Counted from the first letter of the stretch, positions 1 through 12,210 are shown. The stretch is DNA of 34,748 nucleotides from Paraglomus brasilianum (GCA_910592345.1 CAJVPI010000335.1:1-34748), one strand, 5' to 3'. A program made the numbers and translations. The notes: generated from the letters alone by a model not told the origin.

Positions 1-282
1 AAAATGAACAAACAATGCTTATTGTTATCAGCGTCTGTAATCTGAAATGTTTCTATTGAGAATACATACTAATACTATTGCTAAAGTACGTGAATAAAAT
101 AAATTTAATTGCCTTAGAGTACTCTCAGTAGAAAAAACAACTGATTTTGTCATTGCACAATTGGGCATCACAGGATCCAGAATTTATATTTAAGCTCGCG
201 AGTGACGACGTTTTTTGTTGCAGTCTTGTCGGCTAAAACCCATATGACACGTTACTCCCCGCCTTCCTGCCACAATTCCAAC

Positions 283-2096
283 ATGAGTTCTGAGAGCGGT
301 GATGACGTTCTCCTGAATTGGTTCGAATCCAACGACTCGGGCGATGATGAGTAAGTTATTTCTGAATTTCTACCGTTGATAAATATAGTCACTAGGTTTA
401 TTGCGAGAGTCTACTAGGTTAAATCCATTCGAGTCTACTGGGTTAAAGCCATTCATATTGCGCCATTCATGTGATTATGCACATATTATCCGTGTAACCT
501 TTACGTTTAAACCACGTGATGTCTAATCACAAATATAAATGTTGCTTGTTAGTGAATTCCTGTCGCAAGAGGACATCGGGGAGGAGGATGAGGAGGTACG
601 TTAAGAAGCAATACATTTTTTGTGACTGCTCCGTGAAATAATTGGTTTTGGTACAATGATTCCCACAAACGTGCTCTCACCACCGAAATAACTAATTGAT
701 TTAGAGTGCCGAGGAGGTAGGGCTAGAGAGCCTGCGACGGGTATTGAACCTTTATAACATTTGCATTACATTTGATGAATTTATGATCTCCAATAATGAC
801 ATCCGATCACTCTAGGTAGAGCTAGAATTCACTACTGCAGCAGCTCCGAGGGCAACAACGGCGTAAGTAAATTACATGCCAATACACTACGTTATTATGC
901 AATAAACTAAACATAGACAATATGTGCATTATATGTAATCGATTAGCTATAGCGCCACTACCGATGCGGAAATTAGCGAAATCGTTCAACGGATTGATCA
1001 GCTGGTCAGTAGAAAACCCGCGTTAATATTATGTCATAATAACTATACCAGACTTGAGCTAAAATTTTTGTTTCATACAGAAATGGAACGATGCAGAACA
1101 AGAAGTGACTGGATGCGGATGCCCAGAAAGACAAGAAGAGCAAAAGAGAATTGCCCTACGTCATGAAATGCAGCGGCTCGAGGCAGTGATGGCTGAATTA
1201 TCGCCGGGATATAATAATAATACCACGAACATTCAAAATATAATCGTATGTTTTTATTATTATTTGGTTTCGCAAAGGGATAATGGTATCGGTTCTGGGG
1301 GTAACTAATTAATATGAAATCTATAGAATGTAATCAATGACAAGTTCGATGACGTTATGGACAAAGAGCAAGCCGAACAAGAGGTATTGCTTCAAGGCAC
1401 GATAGAGTAAGTTGAATTGGGAGAAAGACGCACCTTTGAATTATAGTCATAGAAAGATGAGAAGTTAATCATTATTCCGATATAATCTTATTTATTCATA
1501 AATATCAAGGCCCACGTCTCTCGCTGACTTGGACGACCATCGTTTGGAAACCGTACGCAAAAGCGAGCCGGATATGTATGAAGCAGTACAATGGCTCCGG
1601 TGCAATCAACATCGATTCAAACGACCTGTTTACTTACCACTATATCTGGGAATCAATGTGAAAGAAGAAAGATTTACGGATGCAATTGAAGCCATTGCCG
1701 GACAAGTCTTACTAAAGGTTTGTACGCTCTCGATAACTAAAACCTGTCTAGAATCACTTTACTAATAAATGGGGTGTTTTTTTTGTTGCATTAGACGTTT
1801 GTGTGCTCAATAATAGAGGACTATAATTTATTTAAGGGTGAAGTAATAGACACGCAAGGTTTGTGTGTGAATGTTACATGGTGCGAGGATTTAGAAGATT
1901 TTACGCCGCCAGTTCCGCTCCAAGAGGCTGAGGCAGACTTTCATGTCGTGGTATGTGTCTTTGTTGTTACAAGTATCGATACAACGATACAATACTATTA
2001 TTACATGCTCTTTTTGCATTACGTCGGATATCAATCGACTCAAATATATCCCCTTTACTCTCTTGCTAGCCTTACACATCCGAGAAGCCGAACTAG
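283..2096 (+). CDS. Spliced gene (~295 aa): acidic N-terminus, coiled coil and N-terminal half of an SMC5 hinge; truncated SMC5 paralog
   Basis: Hand-built GT-AG model with exons 283-350, 553-595, 705-740, 816-862, 947-1004, 1081-1245, 1327-1406, 1510-1717, 1795-1950, 2070-2096 totals 888 nt, open from ATG to TAG. Exons 8-9 read DMYEAVQWLRCNQHRFKRPVYLPLYLGINVKEERFTDAIEA...LLKTFVCSIIEDYNLFKGEVIDTQGLCVNV, matching the SMC5 hinge entry (D.Y.AV.WLR.N...F...V..P....IN.K...L..FV.....D). The last exon is the least certain. Confidence 0.8.
407..454 (+). repeat. 24-bp tandem duplication in intron 1
   Basis: GAGTCTACTAGGTTAAATCCATTC followed by GAGTCTACTGGGTTAAAGCCATTC (2 mismatches); partial third copy ACTAGGTT at ~391. 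Confidence 0.85.
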
Positions 2097-2389
2097 ATAA
2101 AAACGTTACTGTCAATTTCTTTTTATTTTTAATATCAACGCACACAAGAGAATAAAACGCAAGTCGACATTTGCTATTCTTGAACTATTGCTTTCATTAC
2201 GTCTTGCTCACGATGAATATATTGCTACAATAGTTGGTACACCATATACATAGACATATCGCTATATGTAATAACGAGGCTTAATAATAATAATCGGTAA
2301 AATTAAATGAGAATGTTTTGGTAATGGCAAAATCTATCGTTAGATCCAGATATCGTTATATAATACTATATCCAGTCTTGACTGCATTA

Positions 2390-4660
2390 TTGATGATGGT
2401 ATTAGTCTTCTATCCCAAATCATCATAAAGTCATCTCCACCCAAGTCGCCCCCACTACACACGTTTGGTAAATCTCTATATCCATTTGCTAGAAATACCA
2501 AAACATTAACTAAATGTTCAAGGTTCGGACAATTGACTGCTGTAACTACCCTTATACCTCCGGAACAAGGATTACGGAACACTATACAGGTACCAAATAT
2601 CACTTTCCTCACGGAAGAATTATCTGGGACTGAGATACATAAATATATTTCATTTTCATTCAGTGAATTGGTCTCGTCCAACACCCCTGAAAGGAGGGCT
2701 CCGTCGTTGACAAATATTTTTCTTCTTTTTTTTGAGATCATGAAGACATGATATACGAAACAGTGATAATAAATTGACCAACCAAGGGTCCTGTTGTCGC
2801 ATAAAACCGCTCTGACCATACAGCTAATCGGTGTGAGATACCCCATTCTAATTCGCACTGTGTTCGTTTTTTAGCATTCGACCGAGATCTTTTACTTGTG
2901 CATCTTTCATATCCGTGAATACCGAATAGGAGACTTTAAGAGTGGGACAAGAGCGTAATAGCTTGCCTGTTCAAATAGGTAGGTAAAAATGTCGACGTCT
3001 TTATCACTTCCAGCTCCGTATGTGGTGAAACGAACTTGTGTTGGCTCGGCCGCACTTGGATTATCTTTCCTCGGAGGTATGCAGACGTGCATAAAACACC
3101 ATTGTATCCACCAAGACGGAATTGAACAGCAGGTGTGCTTTTTAAATCAAGCAATTTGTTGGCAGATCTTGCCATAACCATCGGAGAAATTGTATCCGTT
3201 TCTCATAATATAGTCAATAGTTTGAATATCGTTGACAGGCAGATGAGTCGCTCGAAAAGCACTGTCCCGTGTGTGCAGCGTATTCTGCCACTATGTTGAG
3301 AGTTCAGTCTTGTCGGGTTCTCTCCTTCCTTGCTTGAATTTCAGGGATATTTTGGGAAAGTTTGTGCTCGGAGGAGGTCGCTTTGTTGACGAGTTTTGTA
3401 GTATGGGGGGAGTGGATAAGGTTGAGGCAGAGTCGGTCACAACGGGTAACCACAATTTCTGAGACCATGCTGCGACTTTTCCGTTCCAATAAGGTCTTAC
3501 GTTTATAGGTTGCGGAGCTGACGAGTTATTCATAGGTTATTGTCGGATTGTCATAGTAGGCATTGCGACTGATTCAAATATTTAACTTGGATTGGAGTGT
3601 CTGATGAGCCCTTTGTCGGTGTTTGTTGCGGATGTACAAAAAAGGCAAGTATGAGTTTGGCCTAGTTGCAACGGAATACAAGCAACACGTCTAAATCTCC
3701 CATTCATTCGCGTATGTCATCAGCGTTTAATTCCTTTGTGGGGGCAAAGAACCAGCAAGAGCCATCTCGTAGCTTGGCTTGAAGAGATGGCCAAAAAGTC
3801 GTAATACTTATTTCCAATCTTAATTACATCGTTCTCTCCATTAGACGATGGAAATTGTTCCTTATAAGCGTTATAATGTCTTATTATCTTATTGCTAGTC
3901 AACCATTTTAGAAGGGGTAATACCAACTTTTCGCATCATGTTACCGTCTCTCTTCGACTGTCACATCCTCGAAGTTTCGCAACTTCAAGCTTCAAGAGAT
4001 AAAGTGGATCATAAATTCTCTGTTTACGCTGATAGAATCTATCTAAAATGGTAAGAGCTGTCTTTTTTTTTGTCGTCATTGAGATTGTAATCGCATGTGT
4101 AATATTGCACTCCAACATATAAAGTACATTGAAGTCCAGCATTGCTCTGTCAAGGTATTTTTTTCAGGTTGCTTCCATCAACCGCCGTTATGTATCTGGA
4201 AAACATGGCTTGCCTTGATACAAGATTGTAATCAGCAGCTTTTAACAACATGTCCTTAAGCCTGTCGACTCCTTTAGGCGGGCCAAAAATGAATTAATTC
4301 TGTACGCATACAACTGCCAAGCTCGCGTTTGGATATGAAGGCATCGTCGCCTGTTGCATCTCTTCATTGCTAGGCTTTCTTGGCCGGAGGGCCGTCTTCC
4401 ATGTCCAATACTCCATCAAATTCCATGTAAATTGATTGTTCGTCTTAAGGTTCTTGTTCAGGAAGGATAGTTTTGGCGGATACTTGGTTCGTATTGGAAT
4501 TACCGCGCGAGATTGATTTTCCCGTGTATCGTTCTGTATAGAACTCACCCTCGACGTTTCCGAAATAAGTTTCCAGATAGAACCTGTGCATGCTATTTCC
4601 GTCCTCTTCAGTAAAACAAATTCGATTTCAAACTACATCTTAGCCTAAACTCTACGTCAT
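2390..4660 (-). pseudogene. Cellular (RNAi) RNA-dependent RNA polymerase pseudogene, RDR/QDE-1 family
   Basis: Collinear motifs across frames: LDFNVLYMLEC, SNKIIRHY, IGNKYYDFLAISSSQ, DIRE*MGD, IVAEYAAHTGQCFS, NGYNFSDGYGKI, AVQFRLGGYNGVL, IQVRPSQHKF, LNRQAITLLS, GVLDETNSLNENEIY, IVFRNPC, SGGDLGGDDFMMIWD. It has frameshifts, a stop, deletions and a C-terminal truncation. Catalytic DLDGD reads DLGGD (2433-2447). Confidence 0.93.
3300..3690 (-). mobile_element. Degenerate IS607-like element: serine recombinase TnpA remnant with overlapping TnpB/Fanzor2 N-terminal frame, inserted in the RdRP pseudogene
   Basis: The insert separates the normally adjacent RdRP motifs MGD and IVAEYAA. TnpA-like pieces: FLYIR.., QVKYL (after a frameshift), YKRKTLLERKSRSMVSEIVVTRCDRLC, SSEHKLSQNI (cf. 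YARVS..Q..DL.RQ..YL, NYKRKGL..LL....V..VVV...DRL.R, S.E.EL..D). The overlapping frame gives RPYWNGKVAAWSQKLWLPVVTD (cf. the IS607 TnpB/Fanzor2 P[FY]WN...S..LWLP..T motif). Confidence 0.75.
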
Positions 4661-5224
4661 TGTTTGTTCTCCACTCTGTAACAAGCAGTCTCCACCTTTT
4701 CTCTCATATGACTACTCACGCACAAACACAACTTAACAAAAGATCCACACTCTTCGCCAGCTATCATCATTTAATCTGTCCAGAATTATCATCTCTCGTC
4801 ATATTATCTTAACCAGCACATCGGTCTGCGTTCAATCACCTTGACGAATGGGTTTTTGTCCTGCAAACGATTGTGGGTCTACGAATTGTGAAGTATTTGA
4901 AGCATCAGTCAGTTGAGGTCTTGCGAAGAATACAGAAGAAGTGCAAACGGTAACATATTATTACCTGAGTGGTACGTATTGGATGTTTTTGTCGTCCGCG
5001 GTGACAGTTAAGTGCTGTCATCTAATATGAAATTGCAGCAATTACTGGGAGTTTGTGGTATTCTTTCCCAGAAAAAGGGCTGATTTTGCTGGTTCTTTCT
5101 AAAATATCAAATTGATCTAGTAAACTAATTGTCAATATTAATATACTATTCATCACTTAGTGTTGGTGATCTACTTACCTTAGTCGGCCGTTGTCCTCAC
5201 AAATCGGTTTAGGGATATATGTTT

Positions 5225-5421
5225 TCTCATATAATTTACATGTTGCCTTCAGTTCAACGCAAGTCAATAAATCCATTTCCACCACTGATAGCAGAGATAG
5301 AATGGCTTTTTATCGTTTTCACTGAAGAAGCCTCGGATTAGGCTAGCGTTATCTTCAGCATAGACGTGTGATGGGATCTCGTGTTTATGTGTTGGTTATT
5401 TACAAGGAAAACGGGAAGCAG
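5225..5421 (+). repeat. Dispersed ~200-bp repeat, copy A (direct repeat of 17674-17877)
   Basis: Shared blocks CAACGCAAGTC, CATTTCCA..GATAGCAGAGA, TTTTATCGTTT, ATTAGGCTAG.GTTATCTTCAGCA, GATGGGATCTCGTG.TATGTGTTGGTTA, TACAAGGAAAACGGG. Confidence 0.85.
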
Positions 5422-5756
5422 TGTATTAAACCATAAACATTTTTGGAGTGAAAAAAAAAAAAGAAAAAGAAAAAAAAGAAGAAATTACGCATTCACATGA
5501 CAAGCAGCACGTGTGCAGGAAACACGTGAATATTTCGCTTTCTTTAATAATAATAATAACAATCGTTTATTCATCTTTAATAATAAGTTATAGCAAAGAT
5601 ATAATAAAACTAATACTTGTTAAACGTACAGTCATAACGATTAATGCAATCGTTGGCAGTAAAGGCTACAAGTGTTTTACAATCACAACAGTGTACCAAC
5701 ATACGAGATTCAGTCTTTAATTGCAATAAGAACTAAATAACAATGTGTCTTTACAG

Positions 5757-6130
5757 GAAATAGTGGCTCTGGAACTCTGAATGTTATTTCTGATGAAGAT
5801 TCCTGGGTTAATAATATATCTAAGTAAGCAATAGCAAGAGACCAAATGCAGTAGAATTTATTAAAACTAAGTGTTAAAATGTAACTTTTCGATAGTACTC
5901 AAAGAAATGCTTGATGAAAAAAGTTTCCCGTACTTACAAAATCGAAATGGTCAATCCCAGAATGGGTCGCAACAGAGATAGCTGACCGGTTACCTAACAA
6001 AAAACTGATAAATATGCTCGTCATTTACTAGACATTGTTGACTCAGCATCGAGGATGACGCATACACTGCATTGCGGAGAAAATGGCGCGTGAATTGAAA
6101 AACTATTTCAGAACAACGCGTTTGTTACGT
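5757..6130 (+). pseudogene. Degenerate spliced gene fragment of unknown family
   Basis: Exon-like stretches bounded by TTTACAG/GTAAG and CGATAG read as protein-like with frameshifts (LKEMLDEKSFPYLQ..KWSIPEWVATEIADRLPNK..ARELKNYFRTTR). Confidence 0.35.
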
Positions 6131-8800
6131 AATACTAAAGACGTAACTCTTATTTAGAGTAGCATATCCTCGATATCACTTGCTTATTCAGAAGACGAGA
6201 TTATTCAATACACTAAAATGACGTCTATGTGCACTTATTCGTTATAGAGTAATTATACTGCACAATCCCAAAATGTGAAAAAGTTGTTAGTATCAACTGT
6301 CTTCTGTTTTTTGAAATTCAAATATTTTACCACGTACAGTCAATTGACCAATTTCAAATGGAGCTGCTAAAGATTTGTCAGATTTTCTTGCTTGATTCAG
6401 CCGATGCTTAATGTCTTTTCATTTTGTTATTATTTTCTGTATGCATAATAGAGGTTAAAATCGAATCGCAAACGCTACAGAAAGCCATTACTTATCAACT
6501 GATGAGACTTAATCTTCGTGACTTTAATTTGGCATTTCTCATGATTAAATTTGGATTACAGGGTACGGAACCAGAAAATCCCATCAGTTTAACGTGGTTG
6601 ACTATTTATATCGGACAATTAGTTCAGCCATGACAACACGTCAACTTGCAATGTTTGGCGGCACGTGAAGAAAAAAGATACACAAGCGCCATACCAATTG
6701 CCACCCCAATGCTTACCAGTGATTATAAAAGCATTAAAAACGAAGCGGCCTTTGATTTGTTTCGTAATAAAGTTTAAGATTAAGAATTTCTCAAGTTACT
6801 GTACAAACTTTAATAAAATCGTTGTGACGAGATATTATAAAAGATGGGAATATAATTTATATTAAAATTTTTACACACAATAAGATTGTAACGAGCTTTC
6901 AGATAAGGCTACTTTTATTTGTTTCTGTTGGGTAATTGTTAGATATACACGCTGCTTATATACGCGCGCCATTTTTTTTGCAACACACTATAGGTAAGAT
7001 GTAGCTAGCGGTCTGAAAGAATGTCGTTTCAGAATTACGAAATGTTAGTATCCAAGATGTTGTAAAACAGAGATACAATATATTCAGCATATAATATCGT
7101 TAATGGATATCCAGTAATAAATAGTGAAATCCATACATGATTATATAATTTTTTTTCTCCTTTCAAATTGTTGCGATAACCTTCTATTTTCGACTCTCGG
7201 TTAAGAACAATTATTAGATCAAGGCGTTAACATTCCAACTTGTTTTATTGTAACAACATCACGTTGATTACAAACCTACCAACCATTAACGTTTTCCACT
7301 CAAAGTTAGTCACTAAATGCTTTAGGAAATATTTGCTGTCGGCCGTCAATTGAGATAATCACATAGTTTAAATACAAATGTAAAAGACATTCCCGGCCAT
7401 ACCTTTGGTCGCAATAATCCTATACCTTATGTTACTATCGATTACCATCTCGACACTATACTGTAAGTTTACATGACAGTATTAAATAAAGTAAGTAATT
7501 AACACGATAGTGTTTTATCATTATCAATGATCCTTTCAGAACACAGAATAAGCTCTATTCATCCACGTCGACGTAGCATATAGTAAGCTGTTACGTACAT
7601 TTTCTACAGAATAAGTATCTGAATTGATATAATTATATCACGTTTTTTAATATATTTTATATTAGTCAATAGTCGCGCCCTTTTAACAGCCCCCTTCATA
7701 ACCAAGGCACTGTGTTTGTTGAGTGCAAATTGTGCTACAATAATCAGCAGATTGTCGGTCCGTCTGGAATTACATAATTCCGGTAACAGAAAATAATTCA
7801 TTATCTACTTAGAGGTGGGATTATTCGCATAGAGTAATATTAATATACCGGGTCAGCGAATATTACAATACATTGTTCCAATCTAGCAACAATAGAAATT
7901 GTTGACTCGATTGCTTTGGTTAAAATTTATGTAACATGGAAATCGTAACCGACGTTTAAGGGGTTTGATCACTGGTCATTATTATTTTGGTGCTACCATA
8001 GTAATAGTAATCGTTTTTCGTGTTACATATCCGAGCATATGACCGCAGCAAACAATAATACTGTGGTCGATGCATTCTGAACGGAAAAGACTTGCGTCTC
8101 TTTTTTACTATAATTCGGTTGTCTGCACTCAATATCAACCGCTAACTACTACACAATTTTACACTCGTTCATTGATGATTCAAGAGAAGTCGATAAAGAC
8201 ACCGAGTCATACGTTGCACATATCATCAGCTTTATTGTATATTAATACTAATATATAATGTACCACCGGTGACATGCACCTGACGCATGCCATAATATTA
8301 TCGCATTGTTTGTCATTGTTCTCAGATAGTGCTGACGATTTTTTCCTCCTTCCCGATTAATCCAAGTGCAACAACGTAAGGTGGTCAAACAGGTTTTTGG
8401 GGTGTTAACGGCATTGAAATAAACTTTGCTTATGCCCGACTACGTAAGATCTTTATCGCAAGGGACTTTATTAGATCCCTGATAGCGCGCCTACTTGCGA
8501 AAGCGGCAGATCAAAGAAAACGCTATTGGATAAGGTTTGCTTTACAATCAACTAGCAAATTAATTGTACGTTGTCTATCTATCCGCAGATAACGCAATCA
8601 CTTGTGAAAAAGAAACAAATGGAACAATCCGATTGCAGTAAAGAGGCTTGGCCTATCACAAGCAACGTAACCACCCAAAATAGCGACAACGAACACATGA
8701 AAAACGCCAGATGGACAATGTCTTTCTATCCTTCTGCAGAGTAAACATGATTCTCGTTTGTTAATCCCTATTTAGATAGTTAATAACGTAATTGCTCGTG

Positions 8801-8971
8801 AATGAATGAAAAAAAAAACGCCATCTTGCTTTAAAATTATCGGCAGTGCACTCTATTGATTCTATTTTAGACAGTCGTAATGAATGGGGCGAAGAAAAAA
8901 AACGTCATTTTGCCTTAAAATCTATCCGCAGACAAGTTGTAATGAATGGACGGAAAGGAAAAATGCCATTG
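8801..8971 (+). repeat. Degenerate minisatellite, about 3 units of 62-78 bp
   Basis: Units begin AATGAATG at 8801, 8879 and 8941, each followed by A-run-(C/T)G(C/T)CAT. The first two continue TTGC(T/C)TTAAAAT..ATC(G/C)GCAG. TCTATCCGCAGA also occurs at ~8578. Confidence 0.7.
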
Positions 8972-8984
8972 CGGTCCATGTTGT

Positions 8985-9200
8985 GCAAGGGATAACAGAA
9001 TCATGTTTCAAAAGACGTTGACAAGCCTGTTTGAGCCAGTTGATACGCAATCGTCAATTGCCATTCGAGCAGAGGAAGCTTGTTTCTGTAATACAAAAAC
9101 TTTTTGATGATGTGACTGATAACGTTTCCGCAAATTAGTACGCCATTCAACACATCTCCAAGAACAAAGGACAGACTGCATACTAGTGACTGTCGGAGAA
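8985..9200 (-). pseudogene. Possible protein kinase (TKL-like) subdomain V-VIa fragment
   Basis: Frame-shifted pieces LFLEMC.EW..NLRK and LEWQLTIAYQLAQTGLS resemble L..EY...G.LR and W..KL.IA.QIA.GL of tyrosine-kinase-like kinases. Confidence 0.3.
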
Positions 9201-11599
9201 CATAACAGTGGGAATATTCTAAACATTGTGTCTAATTTCCGATATAATGTGAGTTACGTAATCCGAATGCATCAATGTTGTACTTACTAGCATTAATATA
9301 CGGGTTTATTCTAAACTATAGAACTAGCGATTCAATTCTGGTCCTCCAAAATTTGTTATAAAGCAGCGATCCATTTGCAGTGTCAAAAAATCAAAAATCG
9401 TCCACCGTCTTGGTCAAAAAAACAAACTTAATACATTCGTTAATAAATCTCCTCCTCTCTCTCCCTCTGTCTTTCTGACTGACTGACGGCTGCCCATTTC
9501 GGTGGACCTGCGTTGGACACAGACTCCTTTATCGTTTCGTTTTGACGTTTCTCCACGATCCTGCATCGGTATGTTATACATTTGTATAGATATATATATG
9601 ATGATGTGCGCTTACAGTATTCGTTTATTGATATAGCTGCAGGCCGTGAAGGGAGAACAATTATGCAATCAGTCGGAAATTAAGCGAAGGCCAGTAAGTA
9701 AGTATGTTTGTTGAGTTTCATGTATTCGACAAGAAGCCGACTTTTTGACGTGTTTATTAATTATATGATTAAATTTAGTAATAATATGATGTATGAAATA
9801 TGTGTTAGAGGCCCACAAAATAAATTACTTGCTGTAAAGCCAGCCAGCTTAACTTACAAATATCGTCCATGCTTTGAAGTACTGAATAAATGCCTATTAT
9901 GTAATGCCATGTGGAACGTTTAACCTTATTATTACAGCTTTCGACCTAAGCGTAGTGTAGTCTTTTGTTTATTATCCCTTAAACTGTATATTGCAGACAA
10001 ATTTGCCTGTAATTTGGATTTGCTAACAAGATTGCTTTATATCACTAAGTAAACACCCCCAACATATATAGTTCTTCAGAAACCTCGAATCACGCATGCA
10101 AAAGTAAAGTTACGCGAGTTAATATATTGTCTGCCGATCGCTTGTCGATCCTTAATCCTTAATCCTAGATTTTACCGACGGAGATAATAAACGTTATAAT
10201 ACTCATACATTTAACATTGCAAACTGTTAGTTAATATTTATTGTAGGTATTCATTAAAAAATGTTTCACTCCGCTAACTCTGAAGTCATATCAGACTCAC
10301 TATTTAGTTACTTTAGAGAAATCAGCACTATGAGGAGACACTCTCGGTGAGGACGAATATGAATGTGAACTATAGTAACAACTCTGAAGATATAGAAGCA
10401 ATGTAAGAGTTCAAGAAAGAGGGAGGAGTATGGGGAGAAGAAAGAGGGAGAGGATGTATGAGTTTAAGGGATGTGAGTGTCTGTCTTCAAATGGCTCATT
10501 TGTTTATTGAGATTTTTGACTCTTTAGATTCACAATAAAGTAAAGAAAAAATTTGGTCTAAGAATATGGTTATGGTACCCTATCATATCTTCAATAAAAC
10601 AGAATTTGCAAAAATTTAGAAATTTTTCATAGCAATTTTTAAAAATAAATTTTCAAATGCACATTATTCTTCAACTACTACTACACATTCTTTAACAGTG
10701 TATTTGGATCAATTGGAAATGCTTGAATAGTTGTTTTCAGGGGGCAGTCCGGGCTACATGTGTCATGCCTTTTGATTATTACCGTACATGCAATTCATAG
10801 AGCGATATAACTGTATAGTTTACGATGGAATCTTACAGATTACATATTATATGTAAGTGAATGTTTATTTGTGAATAAATCTTTCCTTATAGTAAGAGTC
10901 ATACTATAATCCCATTTCATCCTCCACCTTTAGTACTCATCAGTTCGACTGAAGGCTGAGAAAGTCGTATAGATAAGTCACCGCAGCAGTCGTCCATGAC
11001 GGTTTACGGCAATGCGATAAAAGACGATAGCATGCTCTGACGTGTCATCCCTTTGCCTACGCCGATATATCGATAACATTTTCTGCTCGATTACCACAGT
11101 GTCCGTAACGATTATTTATGTTGCGTTTTAGTAGAAATAAATCAAATTATACATATATATACAACCATCTTCTTATATTTCGATTGCCTAATGACATAAT
11201 ATCTACAACAAAATATATTCTAACCGATATATTGTGCACGAGCTATTCCCGGTCCGCCCCCGTTTCGTTATCGACTTACTTTTCTCTAGCCAAATGCTGT
11301 CGAAAGACTACACGATATACTTGATGTATGAAGGTAGATTGCCATCACGTACGGAGAGCGATCCAATGCATGGGAAGATGGAGTATATAAAGTATTCGAC
11401 GTGTGGCATGCAGGATTGCGCGAGTGTCTTAATCAACGTGGTGCTTGTCCAGAGAAGTCCATATAGTCATCGGGTTTTCACGTTGAGTTCGCAGCGGGAT
11501 CAAGGAATGCACCTTGAGTAGGACGATCAACATCCTTTCATATAATTTCATACTCTTGAATAATTATCCTTCTTTCCTAGCGACAACCGAAATCGCCGT

Positions 11600-12210
11600 T
11601 TCCAAATGTTCGCGTTTCCATTAACCAGCTTCTTGTTAAAAGAAATTGATTGCCTTTCTCTACTCCAGTTTCATGTTGATAACACAAACCAAGTCGATTT
11701 TTGCATAAGCATTTCCTTGTTCAGATGCTTTTGTGATACAGCTCAATCGGTTTTTCATTCATCTTTCTATTCCATTACCGCCTGATAGCAAAGCCGAGAA
11801 TACATTGTTCATATGCATCTTCCTGTCAGACTGCTATTCTGCTCTAATCCCAACATTTACTAATACATAACGCACCACCACCGCTATCATCTTCTCGGTC
11901 TTCATTCTCCGCTCTCATTATTATTAGATGCGTTTCTGGGGGGTGGCAATCACAGTAGAGTCGGTTGATGGATTGTAGTCGTAGGATTATTTTATAGGCC
12001 CGTAAAAATCCATTTGGTTCTCCAGTTTCTATGTAGATGTTATAACGCAAAGAGGCATAGTCAGCATTTGATGTTAGATTTAATGGAATAACTTAAAACT
12101 TTATACCGCAATCAAGCCTAGCTCACCGCTCACTACTCAGCTCCACCTTTTCAAATATCGTCATAACCTTCCATATCCGACCTGGTTCTTTCACTGTAAC
12201 AAGTTGCGTG
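11600..12210 (-). pseudogene. Kinase C-terminus plus SEL1-like repeat gene remnant
   Basis: 11640-11820 reads, with frameshifts, DAYEQCILG..Y..GNGIE..E.K.IELYH.ASEQGNAYAK..LGLCYQHETGVEK, i.e. two Sel1 repeats. Upstream pieces (LVTVKEP; PNGFLRAYKII..DYNPST) resemble kinase subdomains IX-XI. The Sel1 call is stronger than the kinase call. Confidence 0.7.

Noticed and set aside
2390..4660. Endogenous viral RdRP
   Set aside because: Motifs (DLDGD-type loop, QFRLGG, NPC) belong to the cellular double-psi-barrel RNAi RdRP, not a viral GDD polymerase
8801..8971. CRISPR-like array
   Set aside because: Units are degenerate over their full length, with no identical repeats or unique spacers, no cas genes, and a eukaryotic context
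9380..10700. Possible TIR element (CT-rich stretch at ~9450 versus GA-rich stretch at ~10420-10455)
   Set aside because: Only low-complexity complementarity; no definable TIR or TSD
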